Assembly (NCBI RefSeq): GCF_963921235.1
Contig: NC_086108.1
Location: forward strand, 103,790,001-103,854,000
Origin: Mobula hypostoma
Lineage: Eukaryota
DNA length: 64,000 nt
Direction: 5' to 3'
Every line of letters begins with the position of its first letter. The stretch's first letter is position 1. A model generated the notes under the pieces. That model searched no databases. It saw nothing but the letters and a program-made list of their open reading frames with translations, and had not been told where the DNA came from. A program made the translations under genes and the position numbers. Positions 36,168 to 49,739 of this stretch are shown piece by piece.

Positions 36168-38635
36168 AAACACAAGACATTCTGCAGATGCTGGAAATCT
36201 TGAGCAACACACACACAAAATGGTGGAGGAACTCAGCAGGTCAGGCAGAATCTCTCGAGGGTAGTAAATAGTCGACGTTTGGGGCTGAGCCCTTCCATCA
36301 GGACTGGAAAGGAAGTTGGGTGGGTGGGGGGAAGGTGGCTGGTGGGATGGAAAGTCGGGTGGAAGAAGTCAGGGCTGAAGAAGGAGGAATCTGATAGGAG
36401 AGGGCAATGTAGGAGGGACGCCGAAGGGAGGAAAGGCACAGGTGAGGAGAGAAGGGGTGAGAGGGTAACCAGAATGGGGAATGCAAAAAGAGAGAAGGAG
36501 GGAAGGGAAGAAATTACTAGTCATTGGAGAATTTGATGTTTGTACCATTCCTCCAACATTGATTTCTTCCCTTCCCTCCCTCCTCATTCCCCATTCTGGT
36601 TAGCCTCTCATCCCTTCTCTTCTTCTCACCTGTCCATTACTTCCTCTGGTTCCCCTCTTCCTTCCCTTTCTCCCATGGTCCACTCTCATCTCCTATCAGA
36701 TTCCTTAGGCCTTTTACTTCTTCCACCTATCTCCCATTTCCCATTTCATTCCCCCCTTCCCCACCCACTTATCTTACGCCATCCACCTTCTCCCACTCAC
36801 CCACCTTCCCCTCGCCTGGTCTCAGTTATCCTCTCCCAGTGTCTTACCCCATCCACCCTCTCCCACTCACCCACCTTCCCCTCGCCTGGTCTCAGTTATC
36901 CTCTCCCAGTGTCTTACCCCATCCACCCTCTCCCACTCACCCACCTCCCCCTCGCCTGGTCTCAGTTATCCTCTCCCAGTGTCTTACCCCATCCACCCTC
37001 TCCCACTCACCCACCTCCCCCGGCCTGGTCTCAGTTATCCTCTCCCAGTGTCTTACCCCATCCACCCTCTCCCACTCACCCACCTTCCCCTCGCCTGGTC
37101 TCAGTTATCCTCTCCCAGTGTCTTACCCCATCCACCCTCTCCCACTCACCCACCTCCCCCTCGCCTGGTCTCAGTTATCCTCTCCCAGTGTCTTACCCCA
37201 TCCACCCTCTCCCACTCACCCACCTTCCCCTCGCCTGGTCTCAGTTATCCTCTCCCAGTGTCTTACCCCATCCACCCTCTCCCACTCACCCACCTTCCCC
37301 TCGCCTGGTCTCAGTTATCCTCTCCCAGTGTCTTACCCCATCCACCCTCTCCCACTCACCCACCTCCCCCTCGCCTGGTCTCAGTTATCCTCTCCCAGTG
37401 TCTTACCCCATCCACCCTCTCCCACTCACCCACCTCCCCCTCGCCTGGTCTCAGTTATCCTCTCCCAGTGTCTTACCCCATCCACCCTCTCCCACTCACC
37501 CACCTCCCCCTCGCCTGGTCTCAGTTATCCTCTCCCAGTGTCTTACCCCATCCACCCTCTCCCACTCACCCACCTTCCCCTCGCCTGGTCTCAGTTATCC
37601 TCTCCCAGTGTCTTACCCCATCCACCCTCTCCCACTCACCCACCTCCCCCTCGCCTGGTCTCAGTTATCCTCTCCCAGTGTCTTACCCCATCCACCCTCT
37701 CCCACTCACCCACCTTCCCCTCGCCTGGTCTCAGTTATCCTCTCCCAGTGTCTTACCCCATCCACCCTCTCCCACTCACCCACCTTCCCCTCGCCTGGTC
37801 TCAGTTATCCTCTCCCAGTGTCTTACCCCATCCACCCTCTCCCACTCACCCACCTTCCCCTCGCCTGGTCTCAGTTATCCTCTCCCAGTGTCTTACCCCA
37901 TCCACCCTCTCCCACTCACCCACCTTCCCCTCGCCTGGTCTCAGTTATCCTCTCCCAGTGTCTTACCCCATCCACCCTCTCCCACTCACACACCTCCCCC
38001 TCGCCTGGTCTCAGTTATCCTCTCCCAGTGTCTTACCCCATCCACCCTCTCCCGCTCACCCACCTCCCCCTCGCCTGGTCTCAGTTATCCTCTCCCAGTG
38101 TCTTACCCCATCCACCCTCTCCCACTCACCCACCTTCCCCTCGCCTGGTCTCAGTTATCCTCTCCCAGTGTCTTACCCCATCCACCCGCTCCCGCTCACC
38201 CACCTCCCCCTCGCCTGGTCTCAGTTATCCTCTCCCAGTGTCTTACCCCATCCACCCTCTCCCGCTCACCCACCTTCCCCTCGCCTGGTCTCAGTTATCC
38301 TCTCCCAGTGTCTTACCCCATCCACCCTCTCCCGCTCACCCACCTTCCCCTCGCCTGGTCTCAGTTATCCTCTCCCAGTGTCTTACTCCATCCACCCTCT
38401 CCCACTCACCCACCTTCCCCTCGCCTGGTCTCACCTATCACCTACCCCTTCCCCCTCCATCTTCTTATTCTGGCTTCTGCTCTTCCTTTTTCCTCTTTTC
38501 TGGTCCTGATGAAGGGTCTCAGGCCAAAACATCAACTGTTTATTCCCCTCTATAAATGGTGCTGACTTGCGGAGCTCCTGCAGCATTCTGTGTGGTTTGC
38601 TCTAGATTTCCAGTATCTGCAGAAATTCTTGTGTT
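36168..38635. mobile_element. Head-to-head pair of old PLE-derived 3' repeats; the + arm contains a minisatellite
   Basis: - arm 36168-~36541 and + arm ~36551-38635, each with a tail and a degenerate hammerhead (~36270-36306 on -, ~38502-38537 on +). Confidence 0.7.
36779..38433. repeat. 60-bp minisatellite, about 27.5 copies
   Basis: Unit TCGCCTGGTCTCAGTTATCCTCTCCCAGTGTCTTACCCCATCCACCCTCTCCCACTCACCCACCT(T/C)CCCC-like, highly homogeneous; exact period should be confirmed with Tandem Repeats Finder. Confidence 0.9.
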
Positions 38636-40679
38636 AACTGAATTGTCGACATTTTGTGCCAAGATCCTTCGTCAGGACTGCAGTCTCCCTTGTGTCAGGG
38701 CACAAAAATATTAATAGAAATTTATTTTTTCCTGTGCACAAGTTTAAATGCACGGTATCTGAATGCACAGTAGATTTAAAATGTGGTGGATGAATTAATG
38801 GCACAAAAATGTCAGTGGACTTGATGTTCCCTTCGAGTTTTACAGCAAGAAAACATGTCCTTAATCCATTTTTCACTAGCTGTTCCTATGGACGTGTGGC
38901 AAATAAAACAAACCTTTAATCTTAAACAAGAAACTAATTATCTCCCAATTTAAGTCGTTGCTCTTTGCAGGAATCTGCTCTCTGTAAACTGGCTAGGGTG
39001 TTTCCTCATTACAACATGACAGTGTCACAGTGCAACGCTATTATAGCTTGGGGATTTTGGAGTTCAGAGTTCAATTCCAGTGCTGCTCTTTAAGGAGCAT
39101 CTGTACATCCTCCCCATGGAACATGTGCGTTTTCTCTTAAGTGGTCCTTTTTCCTCCCACAGTCCAGAGATGTATCGGTAGATTAATTGGTCATTGTAAA
39201 TTGTTCCATGATTAGGTTAGGATTAATTAGGTGGTTCCTGGGACAGCATAGCTCGAGGAGCTGAAAGGTCCTACTCCGTTCTGGTTAACTAAATAAATAA
39301 ACACTACTAGAAATACTTCAATGGTTGTAATGATCTTTGGAACATCCGGGTTTGTAACAAGTGCTTCCTTTCTCTCTGAGAGGTAAATTGTAAATCAGAG
39401 TGCCAAGAACCTTTGGTGATAATAAGTAGGTCATTATTTGGGTGAAGATGTGCGGCTCTGTGCCTTGTTCTGTGTGTTTCTCTGGGATATCCCTTGCTCG
39501 ACCTGAATGCATTTCCTTACCCGTGTGTTAGGTCATGAGTTATTTAACGAATGGTGTGTTGCCCACAGGATTCCGGTGGTAGCTTCTGCACAGTGGAATC
39601 TCAAGGTAGCCTTGGGATGTGACCCAGTTAGGGGTCAGTAAAGCAAGTTTGTTCTCATCCCCTGACAGGGCAAGTCTTGAAGAAGCAGCTATCCTGGGCC
39701 AAGGATGATGGGACATATTGCATGGTGCCTATAATTCATTATAGACTCAGGGAGGTTTCCAAAGGAAAAGAATCCAGGATTTTTTTTTAATATAAATTCT
39801 TTGTGTTGCATAGTGAGGTTGAGTCCGGATCGGTTGCTTGGAAATCCCAGTTGCAATGAGGAAAGCCAATTCATTTGGTCTGGAGATATCCCTACAATTG
39901 TATTACCTGCAGTAAACAGTGTAACTTTGGATTGTCTGCCATTCTGTTGTTCCCCTCTGGTTAAGGGTTTTTAACCAGCAGGAATACTGTTAGGGTTGCC
40001 ACCTCTAACCAGTCTCGATCGCAGAGGGTCATGATCCCAGCACCTCTCTCTGGAGTATGCACATTCTCTCCGTGACTGCCTGGGATTTTTTTCTGGGTGC
40101 CACAGCTTCCTCTTACATCCAGGAGGCCGTTCAGCCTATTTAGTCAATGCCAGCTCTGAGAGTGTTCCCCCAGTCCTATTTCAAAGCGTAGAATATAGGA
40201 CAAATAAACCCTTTGACCCTCGATGCTGTGCCACACTATATAATCCTATCCACGATCAATCTAATCCTTCCTTCCTACACAGCCATAGCCCTTCATTTTC
40301 CTACACTCATGAGCCTATCTCAGAGTCTCTTAAAAGCTCCTAATATATTTGACTCTATCCCCGCACCCAGCAGTGTTTTCCATACACTTAACACTTTCTG
40401 TATAAAAAGAAACCTGTCTCTGACATCTCCCCTATACTCTCCTCCAGTCACCTTAAAATGATGCCTCCTTGTATTAGCCATTCCTGCCCAAGGAGAAAAG
40501 GGGCCAGCTGTTCACTCTTTCCATTTATCATCTTGTACATCTGTTTTATGCTGTAAGTTTGACTGTGTTAAGATAGTCGTGGCACACATTTACAGTGGCA
40601 CATTTCACTCCATCCACACAGTTCCCGCAGGACACTCTTCCAAATGGGGCTGATCTTTACCCTCATCAGACAATGAGAC

Positions 40680-42190
40680 CCTAAGACATAGGAGCAGAAT
40701 TAGACCATATGGACCATCGAGTTTGCCGCACCATTTCAACATGACTGATTTATTATCCCTCTCAATCCCATTCTCCTGCCTTCTCCCCATCACCTTTGAC
40801 ACCCTGACTAATCAAGAACTTAGCAACCTCTGCTGTAAGTATACCCAGTGATTAGGCCTCCATAGTTGTCTGTGGCAATGAATTCCACAAATTCACTACC
40901 CTTAGGCTAAAGAAATTCCTTCTGATTTCTGTCCTAAATTGACATCCCTCTATTCTGAGGCTGTCCTCTGGTCCTAGGCTCCCCCACCATAGGAAACATC
41001 CTCTCCACATCCACTCTGTCCAGGCCTATGAGACTTCCACCCAACCCCACCTCCCCTCATCCTTCTAAACTCCAGCAAGTATAGGCCAGGCCCAGAGCTA
41101 TCAACAGCTCCTCACTAACCCTTTCATTCTCTGAAGCATTTCTGTGAACCTCCTCTGGGCCCTCTCCAATGCCAGCACATCTTTTCCTAAATAAGGAGGC
41201 CAAAACTGCTCACAATACTTCAAGTGCAATCTGACCATGCCTTATAAAGCCTCAGCATTACTTCCTTGCTTTTATATTCTGGTCCTATCAAAATGAATGC
41301 TCCCATTGCATTTGCCTTCCTTACCGTCAGCTTAACCTGTCAGATAACCTTGCAGCAATCCTGCACCAGGCCTCCCAAGACCCTTTGCATTCCGAGTTTT
41401 GAATTTTCTCCTCATTTAGAAAATAGCCTAAGCTTTATTCCTTCTCCCAAAGTGCATGACCATACAATTCCCCACACTTTTCCCATTCTCCCAATCTGTC
41501 TACGTCCATCTGTAGACTCCCTGCTTTCCTCAACACTACCTGCCCCTCCACCTATCTTTGTATCGTCCACAAACCTGGCCACAAAGCCATCAAACCCGCC
41601 ATCCAAATCATAGATGTATAACGTGAAAAGAAGTGATCCCAACACAGACCCTGCAAAACACCACTAATCATCAGCAACCAACCAGAAAGGGCCCCTTTTA
41701 TTCCTACTCTTTGCCAGTCACCCAATCCTCTATCGATGCTAGTATCTTTTCTGTAAAACCATGGGTTCTTATCCTGTTAAGCAGCCTCATCTGCACACCT
41801 TGTCAAAGGCCTTCTGAACATCCAGGTAAGCAACATCCACTGACACTCCTTTGGCTATCCTACTTGTTATTTCCTCAAGGAATTCCAGCAGATTAGTCAG
41901 GCCTTAAGGAAACCATACTGAATTTGACCTATTTTATCAGGGGCCCCCAACTACCCCAGAACCTCATCCTTAATAATGCACTTTTTTCCAGCATCTTCCT
42001 AATCACTGAGGTCAGACTAACCGGCCTATAATTTCCTTTCTTCTTCCTTCCCCTCCTCCTAAAAGTGGAACGATATTTCCAATTTTTCCAATCCTCCTAC
42101 ACCACTCCAGAACCTAGTGATTCTTGAAAGATCATTACTAATTCCTCCACAGTCTCTTCAGTCACCTCTTTCAGAACCCTGGGGTGTAGT
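40680..42190 (-). mobile_element. Degenerate CR1 ORF2 3' half
   Basis: LGSLLFTLYIYDLD...FVDDTKIGG; CR1 3' UTR near 40680. Confidence 0.8.
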
Positions 42191-45100
42191 TGCTCCTTGG
42201 AGTGGTACCTCAGCAGGAAATTGCTGCCTGTCCAGCTCTCAGGCGGGCAGGTTCTGGAGCACATAGCTGATCCAAAAACTCCCCCGCGGCTGACTGGGAC
42301 CTGGACCCGATGATCAGATGGAGAAGTGGCAAACCTAGACAGCTCAATTGTTCTATCAAGCGACGGCTTATGTGTTTGGTATCGTCTGCTTTATATGGTC
42401 CATAATGTGACTGTGTACACTTTGATATCTCTGTATCTATATCTCTTAAGAAATATATATATCTATATACATAGCACCTCAAAGAGCACACAAACTATTC
42501 ACCTTTGAACAGGTACTTGAATTTTGCATTTGCCAGCCTGAACCACTATGATATTGCTGTCGTTGTACTATGAAATATTCTGACAGGAATGCTTGTATTT
42601 TGAGGAAGTTGACTAAATGAATAAAAGCTGCCTTATACATGGTGGGTCTGTAAGAATCTAGCAATATATCAGTGTATTTTAATTTGAAGCAATGCTGCCC
42701 CAAAACAGGAAACACAAACTGCCTGTGCTTGTTGCTGATTTTGTTAGCAAGCACTGGGTGTTGTAGAAGATCCTCAGTAGGTAAAGCACTTTAAAAAAAA
42801 ATAAATTGCTTCCTGTTGGTTTATTGGCGTAATGTGTGCATTTTTCTGCATGATTTCAAAGACAGCAGCTTGGACCTTCGCCCACACTTTGACTTTACAG
42901 AGAAAGAGAGGCCAGTACTCTTCTCCTCACAGCACAGGAGGGTGTTTATCGGAGAAGTTTAGAATCATAGAACGTAGCGCAAGGAAAGGCCCTTTGGCCC
43001 ACAGTGTTGCTGCTGAAATGTTTAAAATGGGTAACTAAGCTAACCTCTCTTCTTGCACAATTTCTACATACTTCCATTTTCCAAACGCTTCTTAAAAGTC
43101 CCTAATATATCTGCCTCTACCACCATCCCAGGCACCCACCACTTTGTGTTTAAAAAAAATCTTGCCCCTCACATCCCCTTTAAAATTGCCCCCTCTCACC
43201 TTAAATGCATGCCCTCTGAAATTAGACATTTCATCCCTGGGAAAAGATATTGTCTGTCGGCTCTTATCTATGCCTCCCATAATCTTATAAACCTCTATCA
43301 GATCTCCCCTTAGTCTTTGCTGCTTTAGAGAAAACAACCCAAGTTTGTTCACATGCCCTCTAATTCTGAAACCATCCTGGTAAACTTCTGCACCCTCTCC
43401 AAATCCTCGCCATCCTTCCTATAACAGGGTGACCCCAACTATGTACAATACTCCAGGTGCAACCTAACTAGAGTTTTATAAAGCTGCAACATAACTTCCT
43501 GACTTTTGAACTCAATGCTTCAACTACTAAAGGCAAGCAGTGTGCCTTCTAAATCACGCTTTTAACCCGTTTAGCCACGTTCAAGGAGCTATGAACTTGG
43601 GCCCCGAGATCCCTCTGCTCATCAACACTGTTAAGGTTCTTGCCCTTAGCAGAGTACTATCTCTTTACATTTGACCTACCGAGGTGCAACTCTTAAACTC
43701 TTATCTGCCATTTCTTGGTCCATATCGGCAAATGATCTATGTCCTCTTTAATGAAGCGCTCGGACGGAGCACGGATTGGGATGCTGAACTGGCTGAAGAA
43801 AGGATCGAGTGTGAGGCGGAAACCAGTTTAAAATAATTTGTGAAAGATCTATGAGGAGGAGATCATCAGGAGTGAATTAACTGAAGACAATCGTAGACTT
43901 TGAAGTGGGGGTGGGTCAGATTTCCTCAGATCAGCACTAACGAGCCTGTCCTGAAGTTAAAGGATTGTGTGTGCGTCAGAGGGAGGATCGGGGCTTGTTG
44001 TGGTCTGTTTTATTGTGTTCTGTGCTGTTCTGCTAAGAATTGTGGGCATGCTACGTTGGTGCCAGACTGTGTGGTGACACTTGTGGGCTGCCTTCAGCAC
44101 ACCCTCAGGTACGTTGGTTGTTAATGCAAACAACACATTTCATTATGTTTCCATGTACACTTGATAAATAAATTTGAATCTTCACATCTATTGAGTTACA
44201 AAGTGAAAACGTATCTTTACTTTAGCGCAGGGATGTTTTCCTCCAACTTTATGACACCCTAGTCAGACTTGGCTGGGACACCTTGTGCTTTGTGGTCACC
44301 ACACTATGGGAAGGATGAAAGAGGTGATACTGCTAGAGAGCGTGCAGTGCAGAATCACCAGCATGCTGCTGGGATGGACTGTTTCAGTAATAACCTATTT
44401 TCCCCGGAGCACAGACGGTTAAAATGTGACGTGATTGAGGTATACAAGAAGCATATTGATTAGGTAGACCTCATGAACCTTTCCCCTGTATCAGGTAGAT
44501 GAAAGTAAAGGACTTAAAGATTGAGGGAAAGGAGGAAGAGATTTAAGAGGGGATCTGAGGGGGAGCTTTTTCACACAAGGGTGATGGGTACCCAAAACAC
44601 ACTTGCACAGAGAGTGGGGGAAGCATAGTTGCTAATAGTGGTTTAAAAAAGTCTAGAAGAACACTTGAATCACCCAGATACAGAAAGGGATGGGCCAAGT
44701 ACTGGGAGATGGGATTAATGTGGGCAGGTGCTTGCTGGTAGGAGTGGATATAGTGGACCGTTTCTGTTCTCTATGACAAGTGAACCTTAAAGGTTAAATG
44801 ATGATTTGATTGAGGTTCAGAGTTCAAGGTAAATTTATTATCAAAGTACATATACAGCATGTCACCATATACCACCCCGAGATTCATTTGCTTGTGTACA
44901 CTTGCAGTAGAACAAAGAACTACAATAGAATCAATGAAAAACTACACACAAAGACTGACAAGCAACCAATGTGTAAAAGACAAACCGTAAATACAAAAAA
45001 AGTAGTAATAATAAATAACATACATATATACAACCTGAGTTGTAGAATCCTTGATAGTGAATCTATAGGTTGAGGAATCAGTGAAAGTTGAGGTGAGTGA

Positions 45101-45369
45101 AGTTATCCACACTGGTTCAGGACCTTCGTGGTTGATGGGGCAAATGAAGTTCTCCCCTCTGGTTCAGGAGCCTGATGGTTGAGGGGTAATAACCGTTCCC
45201 GAACCAGGCAGTGTGAGTGCTAAGACTCTTGTACCTTCTTCCTGATAGCAGCCGTAAGAAGAGAGCATGTCCTGGGAGGTGCAATCCATTATGATGAACG
45301 CTGTTTTCTTTGTGACAACACTCCGTGTAGATATGGTCAAAGGAGAGGAGGGCTTTTTCTGTGACGGAA

Positions 45370-46340
45370 TGACCATAAGATATAGGAGCTGGATTAGGCC
45401 ATTTGGCTCATCGAGTCCGGTCTGTCATTTCATCATGGCTGATCCAATTTTTCTCTCAGCCCCAATCTCCTGCCTTCTCTCTATATCCCTTCATGCCTTG
45501 ACCAAGCAGGAACCTATCGACCTCTGCCTTAAATATACATAAGGACTTGGCCTCCACAGCTGCCTATGGCAAAGAATTCCACAGATTCACCACTCTCTGG
45601 CGAAAGAGATTTCTCCTCATCTCCATTCAAAAAGGATGCCCCCTCTACTCTGAGGCTGTGTCCTCTCCCACCACAGGAAACATCCTCTCCACATCCACTC
45701 TATCAAGGCCTTTCACCATTTGATAAGTTACAATGAGGTCACCCCTCCTTCTTCTGAATTCTAGTGAATACAGGTCTAGAACCATCAAACACTCTTCATG
45801 TGACAAGCCATTCAATACTGGAATCGTTTTTGTGAATCTCCTTTGAACCCTCTCCAGTTTCTTTCATCCTTTCATCCTTCTAAGGCGCCTAAAACTGCTC
45901 GCAATACTCCAAGTGAGGCTTCACCAGTGCTTTATAAAGTCTCAACATTACATCCTTGCTTTTATATTCTAGTCCTCTTGAAATGAATGCTAATACTGCA
46001 TTTGCCTTCCGCACCACAGACTCAACCTGCAAATTAGCCTTTAGGGTATCCTGCACAAGGACTCCCAAATCCCTTTGCACCTCAGTTTTTTTGTATTTTC
46101 TCTCCATTTAGAAAATAGTTAGTCAATGCTTTAATTTCTTCTGCCGAAGCTCATGACCATACACTTCCTGACACTGTATTCCATCTGCCATTTCTTTACC
46201 CATTTGCCTAATCTGTCTGTCCTTCTGTAGCCTCTCTACCCACAGAAACTACCTGTCCCTCCACCTATCTTCATATCATCTGCAAACTTTGCAAAAAAGC
46301 CATCAATTCTGTCATCCAAATCATTGACATATAACGTGTC
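45370..46340 (-). mobile_element. CR1 3' fragment
   Basis: QRDLGVLVQDTLK...LRLYKALVKPHLEYC. Confidence 0.8.
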
Positions 46341-49300
46341 CAGATCCACCACTTCTTACAGTCTTTGTGGGGATTGGTTTTTCCATGCCAAGCTGTGATG
46401 CCCTATTGAAGTTTTCAAGAGAATAAGAGGAATGAACAAGGTAGGTGATTTTCTCTAGAAATTAATAGGACCTTCAGCCCATTGTGTCCATGTGGCCAAA
46501 AGTGGACTTCTTGGTTCTCCCTCCATCACTCTACAGGTTGCAGCTCTCCGAGTATCCATCCAGATAACTTTTGTACCTGCTGAAGGTTTCAACCTCCAGC
46601 CACCACAGTAAGTCCCACACCCCCACTTGAATCTACTCTTGTCTCCTTTGTTCTAATGAAATTAAGACTCAACTTCTCCAATCTCTCTCCAGAGCTATAT
46701 ACCTCCAGCCCTGCCAATATCTCTCTAATTTTCCTTACTTCCTCTGTAGTGCTTACAAATTTCCACTTTTTGTAGAGTCCAAATTAAAGCAGCCTTTTTA
46801 AAAGTGAAGTTAAGAAACCCCTTCCTCCATAGACATTCTCCCTTTCCCCCCTTCTCATTGGAAGCTTTAAAGCTCATACCACCAGGCTTGAGGACAGCAT
46901 ATGTTACAGCATAATTGTTCCTGGGAAATTTTTTTCTACAGAAGTGGTTTGCCATTGCCTTCTTCTGGGCAGTGTCTTTACAAGATGGTGCCCCCAGGCA
47001 TTATCAATACTCTTCAGAGGTTGTCTGCCTGGCGTCAGTGGTCACATAACCAGGACTTGTGATATGCATCAGCTGCTCTTATGGCTTCAGGTGACCCTGA
47101 TCGGGGGGCTAAGCAGGTGCTACAGCTCGCTCAAGGGTGACCTGCAGGCTAGCGGAGAGAAGGAGCACCTCCTTTGGTAGAGATGTGTCTCCACCTTGCC
47201 ACCTAATCCACTGTTGTAAGACTATTGAGTGGTTCCTTAGTATGATAGGATGAAATTTTGACCTCACTGTCTACCTCATCATAGCCCTTGTACCTTACTA
47301 TCTGCCTGCAATGCACTTTCTCTGTAACCGTAACACTTTATTCTGCCTGAGATGTTAACAGTAGTTTCTGATGGACTCTAAATCATGACCTCTGGGGGCT
47401 TTGCAATTGCTGGCATGGTGGGGGGGGGGGTTGATGCTTTTGCTGGAGCTAGTGGGGGAAGGAGGAGGATTGTTGCATTTGCCGATGCTTGTGCGTGGGA
47501 GGGGGGAGGAGGGCTTTGGGGTTCTAATGTTTTCTGTTATTTATTTGGATATTTTTTTCTCTCTGTTTCATGGATGTTTGCAAAGAGTAAGAATTTCAGG
47601 CTGTATACTGTATACATTCTCTGATATTAAGTGGAACCGATATGTTACCACCTTTCCCTTGAACGACCTCAGTACAATGATGTGGTGAAATGATCTGTCT
47701 GGATGCACGCAAAGCAAAGTTTTTCCACTGGACCTCAGTACATTATTTGTCACATGTACATCGAAACTTGACACTTAACCACTACACAGGTCATGAGGGA
47801 CCACCTGAGAAGACATTTCCAAGGTATGTCAGGTGCAATGTGTCCTTTGGACGTCCTAATGGTGTGAAATGCACCAAAATAAGCAAACTTACTTTTCAGC
47901 ATTCTGAGAGTTTAAATGTTCAAAGGGAAATTAAACAAAAAAAACACTGCCTTGTAAAATTATCCCGGAATTATTTAAGGAACAATTGGATCATGCCATT
48001 GGATGCTGTGATGTACCAGAGGGTGTTCCTTATCTGTGCTTGTGTTATACACAAAATCAAAGCTAAATTAAAATAAACATACTGTGAAATATGTAGGAAT
48101 ATGAAAAACAACATGTCCATTGCTGTGGTTTACAAATCAAATTCAAGACTTAACAGACTAAACAGTTACTCATGCTCTACTTATGAAACATTAACAATCA
48201 TACATGCTACTTCTATATTGTATATCCTATTTATTGGCATGTAATTAACTCGATCTTTAATTCTTGGACACTCATTAAATGTATATAAGTTTGCTGTAGG
48301 GGAAAAAGGCCAGTCTGCCCTTCTTGTGATAGCCCTGAAAAAAATTCCAATTAAAGATTAGCTTTATTTTTTTGTCACATATACATTGAAACATACAGTG
48401 AAATGTGTCATTTGTGTCAAATCAAGTCAAATCAGTGAGATGTGTGCTGGGGCAGCCCGCAAGTGGCACCGTGATTCTGGCACCAACATAGCATGCCCAC
48501 AACTTACTAACCCTAATGCATATATCTCTGGAACGTGGGAGGGAATCTGGAGAACCCGGAGGAAAGCCATGAGGTCACGGGAAGAATGTACAAACTCCTT
48601 ACAGACAACGTCGGGAATCAGAGCCCACTGGTGCTGTGAGGTGACTGCACTAACCTCTCTGCTGCCGTGCCACCCACTCACCCCAATACCATTTCCCCAA
48701 CGTGCTAGCTCTCAGGAACATTAGAGATTCTGCAGGTGCTGGAAATCCAGAGCAACACACACACACACACACACAAAATGCTGGAGGTACCCAGCAGGCC
48801 AGGTGGCATCCATAGAAATGAATAAACAGTCGATGTTTTGGGCCGGCACCCTTCATCGAGATCAACTTTCAGGTGTTCATCTTTCAGGGCTACATCAATA
48901 CTGCAGTGTTTAAGGTGCTGGATTTGTAACCCAAAGGCTTGTACTGGAAATCCAGATACCCAAGGTCAGTCCCCACCATTATATCTGTGGAATTCAATGA
49001 TCAGGCTGATAATTGGGAATTACATAAAAGTAGGCTTAGTAGTGGTTCAGCAGGCAGTGCGGCTGCCTCACAACCCCTACCCTGAAATGTCCATATGGGT
49101 GCCGATTGACCAGCGGGTTGTCTCTCACTCCAACCTCCAGCATCAGCAGGCTTTCGGGTCTCCTGGAGGTTTGGCCCTGAGCTGGGGTGCTGTGTGTAGT
49201 GGGAGTCAGAAATATTCCCTGTCAGGCATCAGTGGCATGACCTGAAGATTGTTGGGGCATGGATGTTGTCCTGGACCCACAGGTAGACTGGAAAACAGTT

Positions 49301-49739
49301 ACTTTCCCCAAGCAGTAAGGCTGATCAACACCTCCACCTACTAACTCACCCCTCCACATGCCCAACCACCACCACTTTATCATTTCCTGTCAGTCACCTT
49401 ATGTGCAGACACTCCTGTGTCTAGTGTCACTTTATGGACATACAATCAGTCCATGTATATCAGCTAAAGTATGTATTTATATTTATTGTGTTTTATTATT
49501 GTGTAACTTATTGTATTTTTTATACTCCATCAGATCCAGAGTAACAATTATTTCATTCTCCTTTACTCTTGAATTTAAATCTTGAATCTTGAAAATACAA
49601 ATTAAAGGATTATATTAAAACTCTGTCTGTTTCTCTGTTGTCTGCTATGTGTCCCTAGCTACCTAGTTGAGTCTTAAACAAAGACAAAATGGTGGAAGAA
49701 CTCTATAGGTCAGGCAGCCTCTGTGGAGAGAGAAACAAA

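Noticed and set aside
36779..38433. Possible CRISPR array
   Set aside because: No unique spacers, eukaryotic context, no cas genes
36540..38565. Three long Pro/Ser/His-rich ORFs (671, 556 and 528 aa) resembling mucin or extensin
   Set aside because: Artefact of a stop-free tandem repeat open in all three frames, embedded in a retroelement remnant
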